A stretch of 64,000 bases of DNA from the human T2T-CHM13v2.0 reference genome, Homo sapiens. The DNA is taken from NCBI RefSeq assembly GCF_009914755.1, contig NC_060929.1. The stretch is one strand, 5' to 3'. A model generated the notes under the pieces. It had not been told where the DNA came from. It saw only the letters and a list, made by a program, of their open reading frames with translations, and did no database searches. Positions 1-12,600 of this stretch are shown piece by piece (within the stretch, counting starts at the first letter, position 1; the number at the start of each line of letters is the position of its first letter). The position numbers were made by a program, and so were the translations under genes.

Positions 1-24
1 TGGATATTCAGACCTCTTTGAGGC

Positions 25-41
25 CTTCGTTGGAAACGGGA
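25..41 (+). promoter_or_regulatory. CENP-B box (first of ~188, one per dimer)
   Basis: cttcgttggaaacggga matches nTTCGnnnnAnnCGGGn. Dimers E and F end in ...CGGGA and dimers A-D in ...CGGGT. Confidence 0.97.
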
Positions 42-193
42 TTTCTTCATACTGTGCTAGACAGAAGAATTCTCATTAACTTCCTTGTGTTGTGTGTATT
101 CAACTCACAGAGTTGAACGATCCTTTACACAGAGCGGACTTGAAACACTCTTTTTGTGGAATTTGCAAGTGGAGATTTCAGCCGCGTTGAGGT

Positions 194-210
194 CAATGGT
201 AGAAAAGGAA
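194..210 (+). promoter_or_regulatory. A-type box (degenerate pJ-alpha-like site) of the alternate monomer, repeated once per dimer
   Basis: caatggtagaaaaggaa lies at the position homologous to the CENP-B box (169 bp after 25, 171 bp before 365). It has 2 mismatches to CTAYGGTGRAAAAGGAA. Confidence 0.65.
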
Positions 211-704
211 ATCCCTTCGTATAAAAACTAGACAGAATGATTCTCAGAAACTCCTTTGAGATGTGTGCGCTCAACTCACAGAGTTTAACCTTTCTTTTCA
301 TAGAGCAGTTAGGAAACACTCTGTTTGTAAAGTCTGCAAGTGGATATTCAGACCTCTTTGAGGCCTTCGTTGGAAACGGGTTTTTTTCATATAAGGCTAG
401 ACAGAAGAATTCCCAGTAACTTCCATGTGTTGTGTGTGTTCAACTCACAGAGTTGAACTTTCATTTACACAGAGCAGATTTGAAACACTCTTTTTGTGGA
501 ATTTGCAAATGGAGATTTCAAGCGCTTTGAGGCCAGAGGCAGAAAAGGAAATATCTTCGTATAAAAACTAGACAGAATCATTCTCAGAAACTGCTCTGCG
601 ATGTGTGCGTTCAACTCTCAGAGTTTAACTTTTCTTTTCATTCAGCAGTTTGGAAACACTCTGTTTGTAAAGTCTGCATGTGGATAATTTGACCACTTAG
701 AGGT

Positions 705-721
705 CTTTGTTGGAAACGGGT
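705..721 (+). promoter_or_regulatory. Disrupted CENP-B box in dimer B (TTCG>TTTG); same change at 2747, 4786, 6824, 8863 and 17361
   Basis: ctttgttggaaacgggt carries C>T at 708 in the essential TTCG core. Confidence 0.9.
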
Positions 722-3700
722 TTTTTTCATGTAAGGCTAGACAGAAGAATTCTCAGTAACTTCCTTGTGTTGTGTGTATTCAACTCACAGAGTTGAACGT
801 TCCTTTACACAGAGCAGACTTGTAACACTCTTTTTGTGGAATTTGCAAGTGGAGATTTCAGCCGCTTTGAAGTCAAAGGTAGAAAAGGAAATATCTTCCT
901 ATAAACACTAGACAGAATGATTCTCAGAAACTCCTTTGTGATGTGTGCGTTCAACTCACAGAGTTTAACCTTTCTTTTCATAGAGCAGTTAGGAAACACT
1001 CTGTTTGTAAAGTCTGCAAGCGGATATTCAGACCTCTTTGAGGCCTTCGTTGGAAACGGGTTTTTTTCATATAAGGCTAGACAGAAGAATTCCCAGTAAC
1101 TTCCATGTGTTGTGTGTGTTCAACTCACAGAGTTGAACGTTCCCTTAGACAGAGCAGATTTGAAACACTCTTTTTGTAGAATTTGCAAGTGGAGATTTCA
1201 AGCGCTTTGAGGCCAAAGGCAGAAAAGGAAATATCTTCGTATAAAAACTAGACAGAATCATTCTCAGAAACTGCTCTGCGATGTGTGCGTTCAACTCTCA
1301 GAGTTTAACTTTTCTTTTCATTCAGCAGTTTGGAAACACTCTGTTTGTAAAGTCTGCACGGGGATATTTTGACCACTTAGAGGCCTTCGTTGGAAACGGG
1401 TTTTTTTCCTGTAAGGCTAGACAGAAGAATTCCCAGTAACTTCCTTGTCTTGTGTACATTCAACTCACAGAGTTGAACGTTCCCTTAGACAGAGCAGATT
1501 TGAAACACTCTTTTTGTGCAATTGGCAAGTGGAGATTTCAAGCGCTTTAAGGTCAATGGCAGAAAAGGAAATATCTTCGTTTCAAAACTAGACAGAATCA
1601 TTCCCACAAACTGCGTTGTGATGTGTTCGTTCAACTCACAGAGTTTAACCTTTCTTTTCATAGAGCAGTTAGGAAACAGTCTGTTTGTAAATTCTGTAAG
1701 TGGATATTCTGACATCTTGTGGCCTTCGTTGGAAACGGGATTTCTTCATATTCTGCTAGACAGAAGAATTCTCAGAATCTTCCTTGTGTTGTGTGTATTC
1801 AACTCACAGAGTTGAACGATCCTTTACACAGAGCAGACTTGAAACACTCTTTTTGTGGAATTTGCAAGTGGAGATTTCAGCCGCTTTGAGGTCCATGGTA
1901 GAAAAGGAAATATCTTCGTATAAAAACTAGACAGAATGATTCTCAGAAACTTCTTTGTGATGTGTGCGTTCAACTCACAGAGTTTAACCTTTCTTTTCAT
2001 AGAGCAGTTAGGAAACACTCTGTTTGTAAACTCTGCAAGTGGATATTCAGACCTCTTTGAGGCCTTCGTTGGAAACGGGATTTCTTCATACTGTGCTAGA
2101 CAGAAGAATTCTCATTAACTTCCTTGTGTTGTGTGTATTCAACTCACAGAGTTGAACGATCCTTTACACAGAGCGGACTTGAAACACTCTTTTTGTGGAA
2201 TTTGCAAGTGGAGATTTCAGCCGCGTTGAGGTCAATGGTAGAAAAGGAAATCCCTTCGTATAAAAACTAGACAGAATGATTCTCAGAAACTCCTTTGAGA
2301 TGTGTGCGCTCAACTCACAGAGTTTAAACTTTCTTTTCATAGAGCAGTTAGGAAACACTCTGTTTGTAAAGTCTGCAAGTGGATATTCAGACCTCTTTGA
2401 GGCCTTCGTTGGAAACGGGTTTTTTTCATATAAGGCTAGACAGAAGAATTCCCAGTAACTTCCATGTGTTGTGTGTGTTCAACTCACAGAGTTGAACTTT
2501 CATTTACACAGAGCAGATTTGAAACACTCTTTTTGTGGAATTTGCAAATGGAGATTTCAAGCGCTTTGAGGCCAGAGGCAGAAAAGGAAATATCTTCGTA
2601 TAAAAACTAGACAGAATCATTCTCAGAAACTGCTCTGCGATGTGTGCGTTCAACTCTCAGAGTTTAACTTTTCTTTTCATAGAGCAGTTAGGAAACACTC
2701 TGTTTGTAAAGTCTGCATGTGGATAATTTGACCACTTAGAGGTCTTTGTTGGAAACGGGTTTTTTTCATGTAAGGCTAGACAGAAGAATTCTCAGTAACT
2801 TCCTTGTGTTGTGTGTATTCAACTCACAGAGTTGAACGATCCTTTACACAGAGCAGACTTGTAACACTCTTTTTGTGGAATTTGCAAGTGGAGATTTCAG
2901 CCGCTTTGAAGTCAAAGGTAGAAAAGGAAATATCTTCCTATAAACACTAGACAGAATGATTCTCAGAAACTCCTTTGTGATGTGTGCGTTCAACTCACAG
3001 AGTTTAACCTTTCTTTTCATAGAGCAGTTAGGAAACACTCTGTTTGTAAAGTCTGCAAGTGGATATTCAGACCTCTTTGAGGCCTTCGTTGGAAACGGGT
3101 TTTTTTCATATAAGGCTAGACAGAAGAATTCCCAGTGACTTCCTTGTGTTGTGTGTGTTCAACTCACAGAGTTGAACGTTCCCTTAGACAGAGCAGATTT
3201 GAAACACTCTTTTTGTGGAATTTGCAAGTGGAGATTTCAAGCGCTTTGAGGCCAAAGGCAGAAAAGGAAATATCTTCGTATAAAAACTAGACAGAATCAT
3301 TCTCAGAAACTGCTCTGCGATGTGTGCGTTCAACTCTCAGAGTTTAACTTTTCTTTTCATTCAGCAGTTTGGAAACACTCTGTTTGTAAAGTCTGCACGT
3401 GGATATTTTGACCACTTAGAGGCCTTCGTTGGAAACGGGTTTTTTTCCTGTAAGGCTAGACAGAAGAATTCCCAGTAACTTCCTTGTGTTGTGTACATTC
3501 AACTCACAGAGTTGAACGTTCCCTTAGACAGAGCAGATTTGAAACACTCTTTTTGTGCAATTGGCAAGTGGAGATTTCAAGCGCTTTAAGGTCAATGGCA
3601 GAAAAGGAAATATCTTCGTTTCAAAACTAGACAGAATCATTCCCACAAACTGCGTTGTGATGTGTTCGTTCAACTCACAGAGTTTAACCTTTCTTTTCAT

Positions 3701-6700
3701 AGAGCAGTTAGGAAACAGTCTGTTTGTAAATTCTGTAAGTGGATATTCTGACATCTTGTGGCCTTCGTTGGAAACGGGATTTCTTCATATTCTGCTAGAC
3801 AGAAGAATTCTCAGAATCTTCCTTGTGTTGTGTGTATTCAACTCACAGAGTTGAACGATCCTTTACACAGAGCAGACTTGAAACACTCTTTTTGTGGAAT
3901 TTGCAAGTGGAGATTTCAGCCGCTTTGAGGTCCATGGTAGAAAAGGAAATATCTTCGTATAAAAACTAGACAGAATGATTCTCAGAAACTTCTTTGTGAT
4001 GTGTGCGTTCAACTCACAGAGTTTAACCTTTCTTTTCATAGAGCAGTTAGGAAACACTCTGTTTGTAAACTCTGCAAGTGGATATTCAGACCTCTTTGAG
4101 GCCTTCGTTGGAAACGGGATTTCTTCATACTGTGCTAGACAGAAGAATTCTCATTAACTTCCTTGTGTTGTGTGTATTCAACTCACAGAGTTGAACGATC
4201 CTTTACACAGAGCGGACTTGAAACACTCTTTTTGTGGAATTTGCAAGTGGAGATTTCAGCCGCGTTGAGGTCAATGGTAGAAAAGGAAATCCCTTCGTAT
4301 AAAAACTAGACAGAATGATTCTCAGAAACTCCTTTGAGATGTGTGCGCTCAACTCACAGAGTTTAAACTTTCTTTTCATAGAGCAGTTAGGAAACACTCT
4401 GTTTGTAAAGTCTGCAAGTGGATATTCAGACCTCTTTGAGGCCTTCGTTGGAAACGGGTTTTTTTCATATAAGGCTAGACAGAAGAATTCCCAGTAACTT
4501 CCATGTGTTGTGTGTGTTCAACTCACAGAGTTGAACTTTCATTTACACAGAGCAGATTTGAAACACTCTTTTTGTGGAATTTGCAAATGGAGATTTCAAG
4601 CGCTTTGAGGCCAGAGGCAGAAAAGGAAATATCTTCGTATAAAAACTAGACAGAATCACTCTCAGAAACTGCTCTGCGATGTGTGCGTTCAACTCTCAGA
4701 GTTTAACTTTTCTTTTCATAGAGCAGTTAGGAAACACTCTGTTTGTAAAGTCTGCATGTGGATAATTTGACCACTTAGAGGTCTTTGTTGGAAACGGGTT
4801 TTTTCATGTAAGGCTAGACAGAAGAATTCTCAGTAACTTCCTTGTGTTGTGTGTATTCAACTCACAGAGTTGAACGATCCTTTACACAGAGCAGACTTGT
4901 AACACTCTTTTTGTGGAATTTGCAAGTGGAGATTTCAGCCGCTTTGAAGTCAAAGGTAGAAAAGGAAATATCTTCCTATAAACACTAGACAGAATGATTC
5001 TCAGAAACTCCTTTGTGATGTGTGCGTTCAACTCACAGAGTTTAACCTTTCTTTTCATAGAGCAGTTAGGAAACACTCTGTTTGTAAAGTCTGCAAGTGG
5101 ATATTCAGACCTCTTTGAGGCCTTCGTTGGAAACGGGTTTTTTTCATATAAGGCTAGACAGAAGAATTCCCAGTGACTTCCTTGTGTTGTGTGTGTTCAA
5201 CTCACAGAGTTGAACGTTCCCTTAGACAGAGCAGATTTGAAACACTCTTTTTGTGGAATTTGCAAGTGGAGATTTCAAGCGCTTTGAGGCCAAAGGCAGA
5301 AAAGGAAATATCTTCGTATAAAAACTAGACAGAATCATTCTCAGAAACTGCTCTGCGATGTGTGCGTTCAACTCTCAGAGTTTAACTTTTCTTTTCATTC
5401 AGCAGTTTGGAAACACTCTGTTTGTAAAGTCTGCACGTGGATATTTTGACCACTTAGAGGCCTTCGTTGGAAACGGGTTTTTTTCCTGTAAGGCTAGACA
5501 GAAGAATTCCCAGTAACTTCCTTGTGTTGTGTACATTCAACTCACAGAGTTGAACGTTCCCTTAGACAGAGCAGATTTGAAACACTCTTTTTGTGCAATT
5601 GGCAAGTGGAGATTTCAAGCGCTTTAAGGTCAATGGCAGAAAAGGAAATATCTTCGTTTCAAAACTAGACAGAATCATTCCCACAAACTGCGTTGTGATG
5701 TGTTCGTTCAACTCACAGAGTTTAACCTTTCTTTTCATAGAGCAGTTAGGAAACAGTCTGTTTGTAAATTCTGTAAGTGGATATTCTGACATCTTGTGGC
5801 CTTCGTTGGAAACGGGATTTCTTCATATTCTGCTAGACAGAAGAATTCTCAGAATCTTCCTTGTGTTGTGTGTATTCAACTCACAGAGTTGAACGATCCT
5901 TTACACAGAGCAGACTTGAAACACTCTTTTTGTGGAATTTGCAAGTGGAGATTTCAGCCGCTTTGAGGTCCATGGTAGAAAAGGAAATATCTTCGTATAA
6001 AAACTAGACAGAATGATTCTCAGAAACTTCTTTGTGATGTGTGCGTTCAACTCACAGAGTTTAACCTTTCTTTTCATAGAGCAGTTAGGAAACACTCTGT
6101 TTGTAAACTCTGCAAGTGGATATTCAGACCTCTTTGAGGCCTTCGTTGGAAACGGGATTTCTTCATACTGTGCTAGACAGAAGAATTCTCATTAACTTCC
6201 TTGTGTTGTGTGTATTCAACTCACAGAGTTGAACGATCCTTTACACAGAGCAGACTTGAAACACTCTTTTTGTGGAATTTGCAAGTGGAGATTTCAGCCG
6301 CGTTGAGGTCAATGGTAGAAAAGGAAATCCCTTCGTATAAAAACTAGACAGAATGATTCTCAGAAACTCCTTTGAGATGTGTGCGCTCAACTCACAGAGT
6401 TTAACCTTTCTTTTCATAGAGCAGTTAGGAAACACTCTGTTTGTAAAGTCTGCAAGTGGATATTCAGACCTCTTTGAGGCCTTCGTTGGAAACGGGTTTT
6501 TTTCATATAAGGCTAGACAGAAGAATTCCCAGTAACTTCCATGTGTTGTGTGTGTTCAACTCACAGAGTTGAACTTTCATTTACACAGAGCAGATTTGAA
6601 ACACTCTTTTTGTGGAATTTGCAAATGGAGATTTCAAGCGCTTTGAGGCCAGAGGCAGAAAAGGAAATATCTTCGTATAAAAACTAGACAGAATCATTCT

Positions 6701-9639
6701 CAGAAACTGCTCTGCGATGTGTGCGTTCAACTCTCAGAGTTTAACTTTTCTTTTCATTCAGCAGTTTGGAAACACTCTGTTTGTAAAGTCTGCATGTGGA
6801 TAATTTGACCACTTAGAGGTCTTTGTTGGAAACGGGTTTTTTTCATGTAAGGCTAGACAGAAGAATTCTCAGTAACTTCCTTGTGTTGTGTGTATTCAAC
6901 TCACAGAGTTGAACGTTCCTTTACACAGAGCAGACTTGTAACACTCTTTTTGTGGAATTTGCAAGTGGAGATTTCAGCCGCTTTGAAGTCAAAGGTAGAA
7001 AAGGAAATATCTTCCTATAAACACTAGACAGAATGATTCTCAGAAACTCCTTTGTGATGTGTGCGTTCAACTCACAGAGTTTAACCTTTCTTTTCATAGA
7101 GCAGTTAGGAAACACTCTGTTTGTAAAGTCTGCAAGTGGATATTCAGACCTCTTTGAGGCCTTCGTTGGAAACGGGTTTTTTTCATATAAGGCTAGACAG
7201 AAGAATTCCCAGTAACTTCCATGTGTTGTGTGTGTTCAACTCACAGAGTTGAACGTTCCCTTAGACAGAGCAGATTTGAAACACTCTTTTTGTAGAATTT
7301 GCAAGTGGAGATTTCAAGCGCTTTGAGGCCAAAGGCAGAAAAGGAAATATCTTCGTATAAAAACTAGACAGAATCATTCTCAGAAACTGCTCTGCGATGT
7401 GTGCGTTCAACTCTCAGAGTTTAACTTTTCTTTTCATTCAGCAGTTTGGAAACACTCTGTTTGTAAAGTCTGCACGGGGATATTTTGACCACTTAGAGGC
7501 CTTCGTTGGAAACGGGTTTTTTTCCTGTAAGGCTAGACAGAAGAATTCCCAGTAACTTCCTTGTGTTGTGTACATTCAACTCACAGAGTTGAACGTTCCC
7601 TTAGACAGAGCAGATTTGAAACACTCTTTTTGTGCAATTGGCAAGTGGAGATTTCAAGCGCTTTAAGGTCAATGGCAGAAAAGGAAATATCTTCGTTTCA
7701 AAACTAGACAGAATCATTCCCACAAACTGCGTTGTGATGTGTTCGTTCAACTCACAGAGTTTAACCTTTCTTTTCATAGAGCAGTTAGGAAACAGTCTGT
7801 TTGTAAATTCTGTAAGTGGATATTCTGACATCTTGTGGCCTTCGTTGGAAACGGGATTTCTTCATATTCTGCTAGACAGAAGAATTCTCAGAATCTTCCT
7901 TGTGTTGTGTGTATTCAACTCACAGAGTTGAACGATCCTTTACACAGAGCAGACTTGAAACACTCTTTTTGTGGAATTTGCAAGTGGAGATTTCAGCCGC
8001 TTTGAGGTCCATGGTAGAAAAGGAAATATCTTCGTATAAAAACTAGACAGAATGATTCTCAGAAACTTCTTTGTGATGTGTGCGTTCAACTCATAGAGTT
8101 TAACCTTTCTTTTCATAGAGCAGTTAGGAAACACTCTGTTTGTAAACTCTGCAAGTGGATATTCAGACCTCTTTGAGGCCTTCGTTGGAAACGGGATTTC
8201 TTCATACTGTGCTAGACAGAAGAATTCTCATTAACTTCCTTGTGTTGTGTGTATTCAACTCACAGAGTTGAACGATCCTTTACACAGAGCGGACTTGAAA
8301 CACTCTTTTTGTGGAATTTGCAAGTGGAGATTTCAGCCGCGTTGAGGTCAATGGTAGAAAAGGAAATCCCTTCGTATAAAAACTAGACAGAATGATTCTC
8401 AGAAACTCCTTTGAGATGTGTGCGCTCAACTCACAGAGTTTAAACTTTCTTTTCATAGAGCAGTTAGGAAACACTCTGTTTGTAAAGTCTGCAAGTGGAT
8501 ATTCAGACCTCTTTGAGGCCTTCGTTGGAAACGGGTTTTTTTCATATAAGGCTAGACAGAAGAATTCCCAGTAACTTCCATGTGTTGTGTGTGTTCAACT
8601 CACAGAGTTGAACTTTCATTTACACAGAGCAGATTTGAAACACTCTTTTTGTGGAATTTGCAAATGGAGATTTCAAGCGCTTTGAGGCCAGAGGCAGAAA
8701 AGGAAATATCTTCGTATAAAAACTAGACAGAATCATTCTCAGAAACTGCTCTGCGATGTGTGCGTTCAACTCTCAGAGTTTAACTTTTCTTTTCATTCAG
8801 CAGTTTGGAAACACTCTGTTTGTAAAGTCTGCATGTGGATAATTTGACCACTTAGAGGTCTTTGTTGGAAACGGGTTTTTTTCATGTAAGGCTAGACAGA
8901 AGAATTCTCAGTAACTTCCTTGTGTTGTGTGTATTCAACTCACAGAGTTGAACGTTCCTTTACACAGAGCAGACTTGTAACACTCTTTTTGTGGAATTTG
9001 CAAGTGGAGATTTCAGCCGCTTTGAAGTCAAAGGTAGAAAAGGAAATATCTTCCTATAAACACTAGACAGAATGATTCTCAGAAACTCCTTTGTGATGTG
9101 TGCGTTCAACTCACAGAGTTTAACCTTTCTTTTCATAGAGCAGTTAGGAAACACTCTGTTTGTAAAGTCTGCAAGTGGATATTCAGACCTCTTTGAGGCC
9201 TTCGTTGGAAACGGGTTTTTTTCATATAAGGCTAGACAGAAGAATTCCCAGTAACTTCCATGTGTTGTGTGTGTTCAACTCACAGAGTTGAACGTTCCCT
9301 TAGACAGAGCAGATTTGAAACACTCTATTTGTAGAATTTGCAAGTGGAGATTTCAAGCGCTTTGAGGCCAAAGGCAGAAAAGGAAATATCTTCGTATAAA
9401 AACTAGACAGAATCATTCTCAGAAACTGCTCTGCGATGTGTGCGTTCAACTCTCAGAGTTTAACTTTTCTTTTCATTCAGCAGTTTGGAAACACTCTGTT
9501 TGTAAAGTCTGCACGGGGATATTTTGACCACTTAGAGGCCTTCGTTGGAAACGGGTTTTTTTCCTGTAAGGCTAGACAGAAGAATTCCCAGTAACTTCCT
9601 TGTGTTGTGTACATTCAACTCACAGAGTTGAACGTTCCC

Positions 9640-12600
9640 TTAGACAGAGCAGATTTGAAACACTCTTTTTGTGCAATTGGCAAGTGGAGATTTCAAGCGC
9701 TTTAAGGTCAATGGCAGAAAAGGAAATATCTTCGTTTCAAAACTAGACAGAATCATTCCCACAAACTGCGTTGTGATGTGTTCGTTCAACTCACAGAGTT
9801 TAACCTTTCTTTTCATAGAGCAGTTAGGAAACAGTCTGTTTGTAAATTCTGTAAGTGGATATTCTGACATCTTGTGGCCTTCGTTGGAAACGGGATTTCT
9901 TCATATTCTGCTAGACAGAAGAATTCTCAGAATCTTCCTTGTGTTGTGTGTATTCAACTCACAGAGTTGAACGATCCTTTACACAGAGCAGACTTGAAAC
10001 ACTCTTTTTGTGGAATTTGCAAGTGGAGATTTCAGCCGCTTTGAGGTCCATGGTAGAAAAGGAAATATCTTCGTATAAAAACTAGACAGAATGATTCTCA
10101 GAAACTTCTTTGTGATGTGTGCGTTCAACTCACAGAGTTTAACCTTTCTTTTCATAGAGCAGTTAGGAAACACTCTGTTTGTAAACTCTGCAAGTGGATA
10201 TTCAGACCTCTTTGAGGCCTTCGTTGGAAACGGGATTTCTTCATACTGTGCTAGACAGAAGAATTCTCATTAACTTCCTTGTGTTGTGTGTATTCAACTC
10301 ACAGAGTTGAACGATCCTTTACACAGAGCGGACTTGAAACACTCTTTTTGTGGAATTTGCAAGTGGAGATTTCAGCCGCGTTGAGGTCAATGGTAGAAAA
10401 GGAAATCTCTTCGTATAAAAACTAGACAGAATGATTCTCAGAAACTCCTTTGAGATGTGTGCTCTCAACTCACAGAGTTTAACCTTTCTTTTCATAGAGC
10501 AGTTAGGAAACACTCTGTTTGTAAAGTCTGCAAGTGGATATTCAGACCTCTTTGAGGCCTTCGTTGGAAACGGGTTTTTTTCATATAAGGCTAGACAGAA
10601 GAATTCCCAGTAACTTCCATGTGTTGTGTGTGTTCAACTCACAGAGTTGAACTTTCATTTACACAGAGCAGATTTGAAACACTCTTTTTGTGGAATTTGC
10701 AAATGGAGATTTCAAGCACTTTGAGGCCAAAGGCAGAAAAGGAAATATCTTCGTAGAAAAACTAGACAGAATCATTCTCAGAAACTGCTCTGCGATGTGT
10801 GCGTTCAACTCTCAGAGTTTAACTTTTCTTTTCATTCAGCAGTTTGGAAACACTCTGTTTGTAAAGTCTGCACGTGGATAATTTGACCACTTAGAGGTCT
10901 TCGTTGGAAACGGGTTTTTTTCATGTAACGCTAGACAGAAGAATTCTCAGTAACTTCCTTGTGTTGTGTGTATTCAACTCACAGAGTTGAAGGATCCTTT
11001 ACACAGAGCAGACTTGTAACACTCTTTTTGTGGAATTTGGAAGTGTAGATTTCAGCCGCTTTGAGGTCAATGGTAGAAAAGGAAATCTCTTCGTATAAAA
11101 ACTAGACAGAATGATTCTCAGAAACTCCTTTGAGATGTGTGCGTTCAACTCACAGAGTTTAACCTTTCTTTTCATAGAGCAGTTAGGAAACACTCTGTTT
11201 GTAAAGTCTGCAAGTGGATATTCAGACCTCTTTGAGGCCTTCGTTGGAAACGGGTTTTTTTCATATAAGGCTAGACAGAAGAATTCCCAGTAACTTCCAT
11301 GTGTTGTGTGTGTGTTCAACTCACAGAGTTGAAATTTCATTTACACAGAGCAGATTTGAAACACTCTTTTTGTGGAATTTGCAAATGGAGATTTCAAGCG
11401 CTTTGAGGCCAGAGGCAGAAAAGGAAATATCTTCGTATAAAAACTAGACAGAATCATTCTCAGAAACTGCTCTGCGATGTGTGCGTTCAACTCTCAGAGT
11501 TTAACTTTTCTTTTCATTCAGCAGTTTGGAAACACTCTGTTTGTAAAGTCTGCATGTGGATAATTTGACCACTTAGAGGTCTTCGTTGGAAACGGGTTTT
11601 TTTCATGTAAGGCTAGACAGAAGAATTCTCAGTAACTTCCTTGTGTTGTGTGTATTCAACTCACAGAGTTGAACGATCCTTTACACAGAGCAGACTTGTA
11701 ACACTCTTTTTGTGGAATTTGCAAGTGGAGATTTCAGCCGCTTTGAAGTCAAAGGTAGAAAAGGAAATATCTTCCTATAAACACTAGACAGAAGGATTCT
11801 CAGAAACTCCTTTGTGATGTGTGCGTTCAACTCACAGAGTTTAACCTTTCTTTTCATAGAGCAGTTAGGAAACACTCTGTTTGTAAAGTCTGCAAGTGGA
11901 TATTCAGACCTCTTTGAGGCCTTCGTTGGAAACGGGTTTTTTTCATATAAGGCTAGACAGAAGAATTCCCAGTAACTTCCTTGTGTTGTGTGTGTTCAAC
12001 TCACAGAGTTGAACTTTGATTTACACAGAGCAGATTTGAAACACTCTTTTTGTGGAATTTGCAAGTGGAGATTTCAAGCGCTTTGAGGCCAAAGGCAGAA
12101 AAGGAAATATCTTCGTATAAAAACTAGACAGAATCATTCCCACAAACTGCGTTGTGATGTGTTCGTTCAACTCACAGAGTTTAACCTTTCTTTTCATAGA
12201 GCAGTTAGGAAACAGTCTGTTTGTAAATTCTGTAAGTGGATATTCTGACATCTTGTGGCCTTCGTTGGAAACGGGATTTCTTCATATTCTGCTAGACAGA
12301 AGAATTCTCAGAATCTTCCTTGTGTTGTGTGTATTCAACTCACAGAGTTGAACGATCCTTTACACAGAGCAGACTTGAAACACTCTTTTTGTGGAATTTG
12401 CAAGTGGAGATTTCAGCCGCTTTGAGGTCCATGGTAGAAAAGGAAATATCTTCGTATAAAAACTAGACAGAATGATTCTCAGAAACTTCTTTGTGATGTG
12501 TGCGTTCAACTCACAGAGTTTAACCTTTCTTTTCATAGAGCAGTTAGGAAACACTCTGTTTGTAAACTCTGCAAGTGGATATTCAGACCTCTTTGAGGCC

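Larger units (their letters stand above)
1..9639 (+). repeat. Block of 12-mer HORs (ABCDEF, 2038-2039 bp)
   Basis: The marker dimer E recurs at 1485, 3524, 5562, 7601 and 9640. Confidence 0.95.

Noticed and set aside
4799-4804. T7-to-T6 run changes (also ~21112, ~23150, ~25866, ~28246) and other 1-bp deletions
   Set aside because: These are ordinary homopolymer slippage or possible sequencing error. They are informative only as weak lineage markers.
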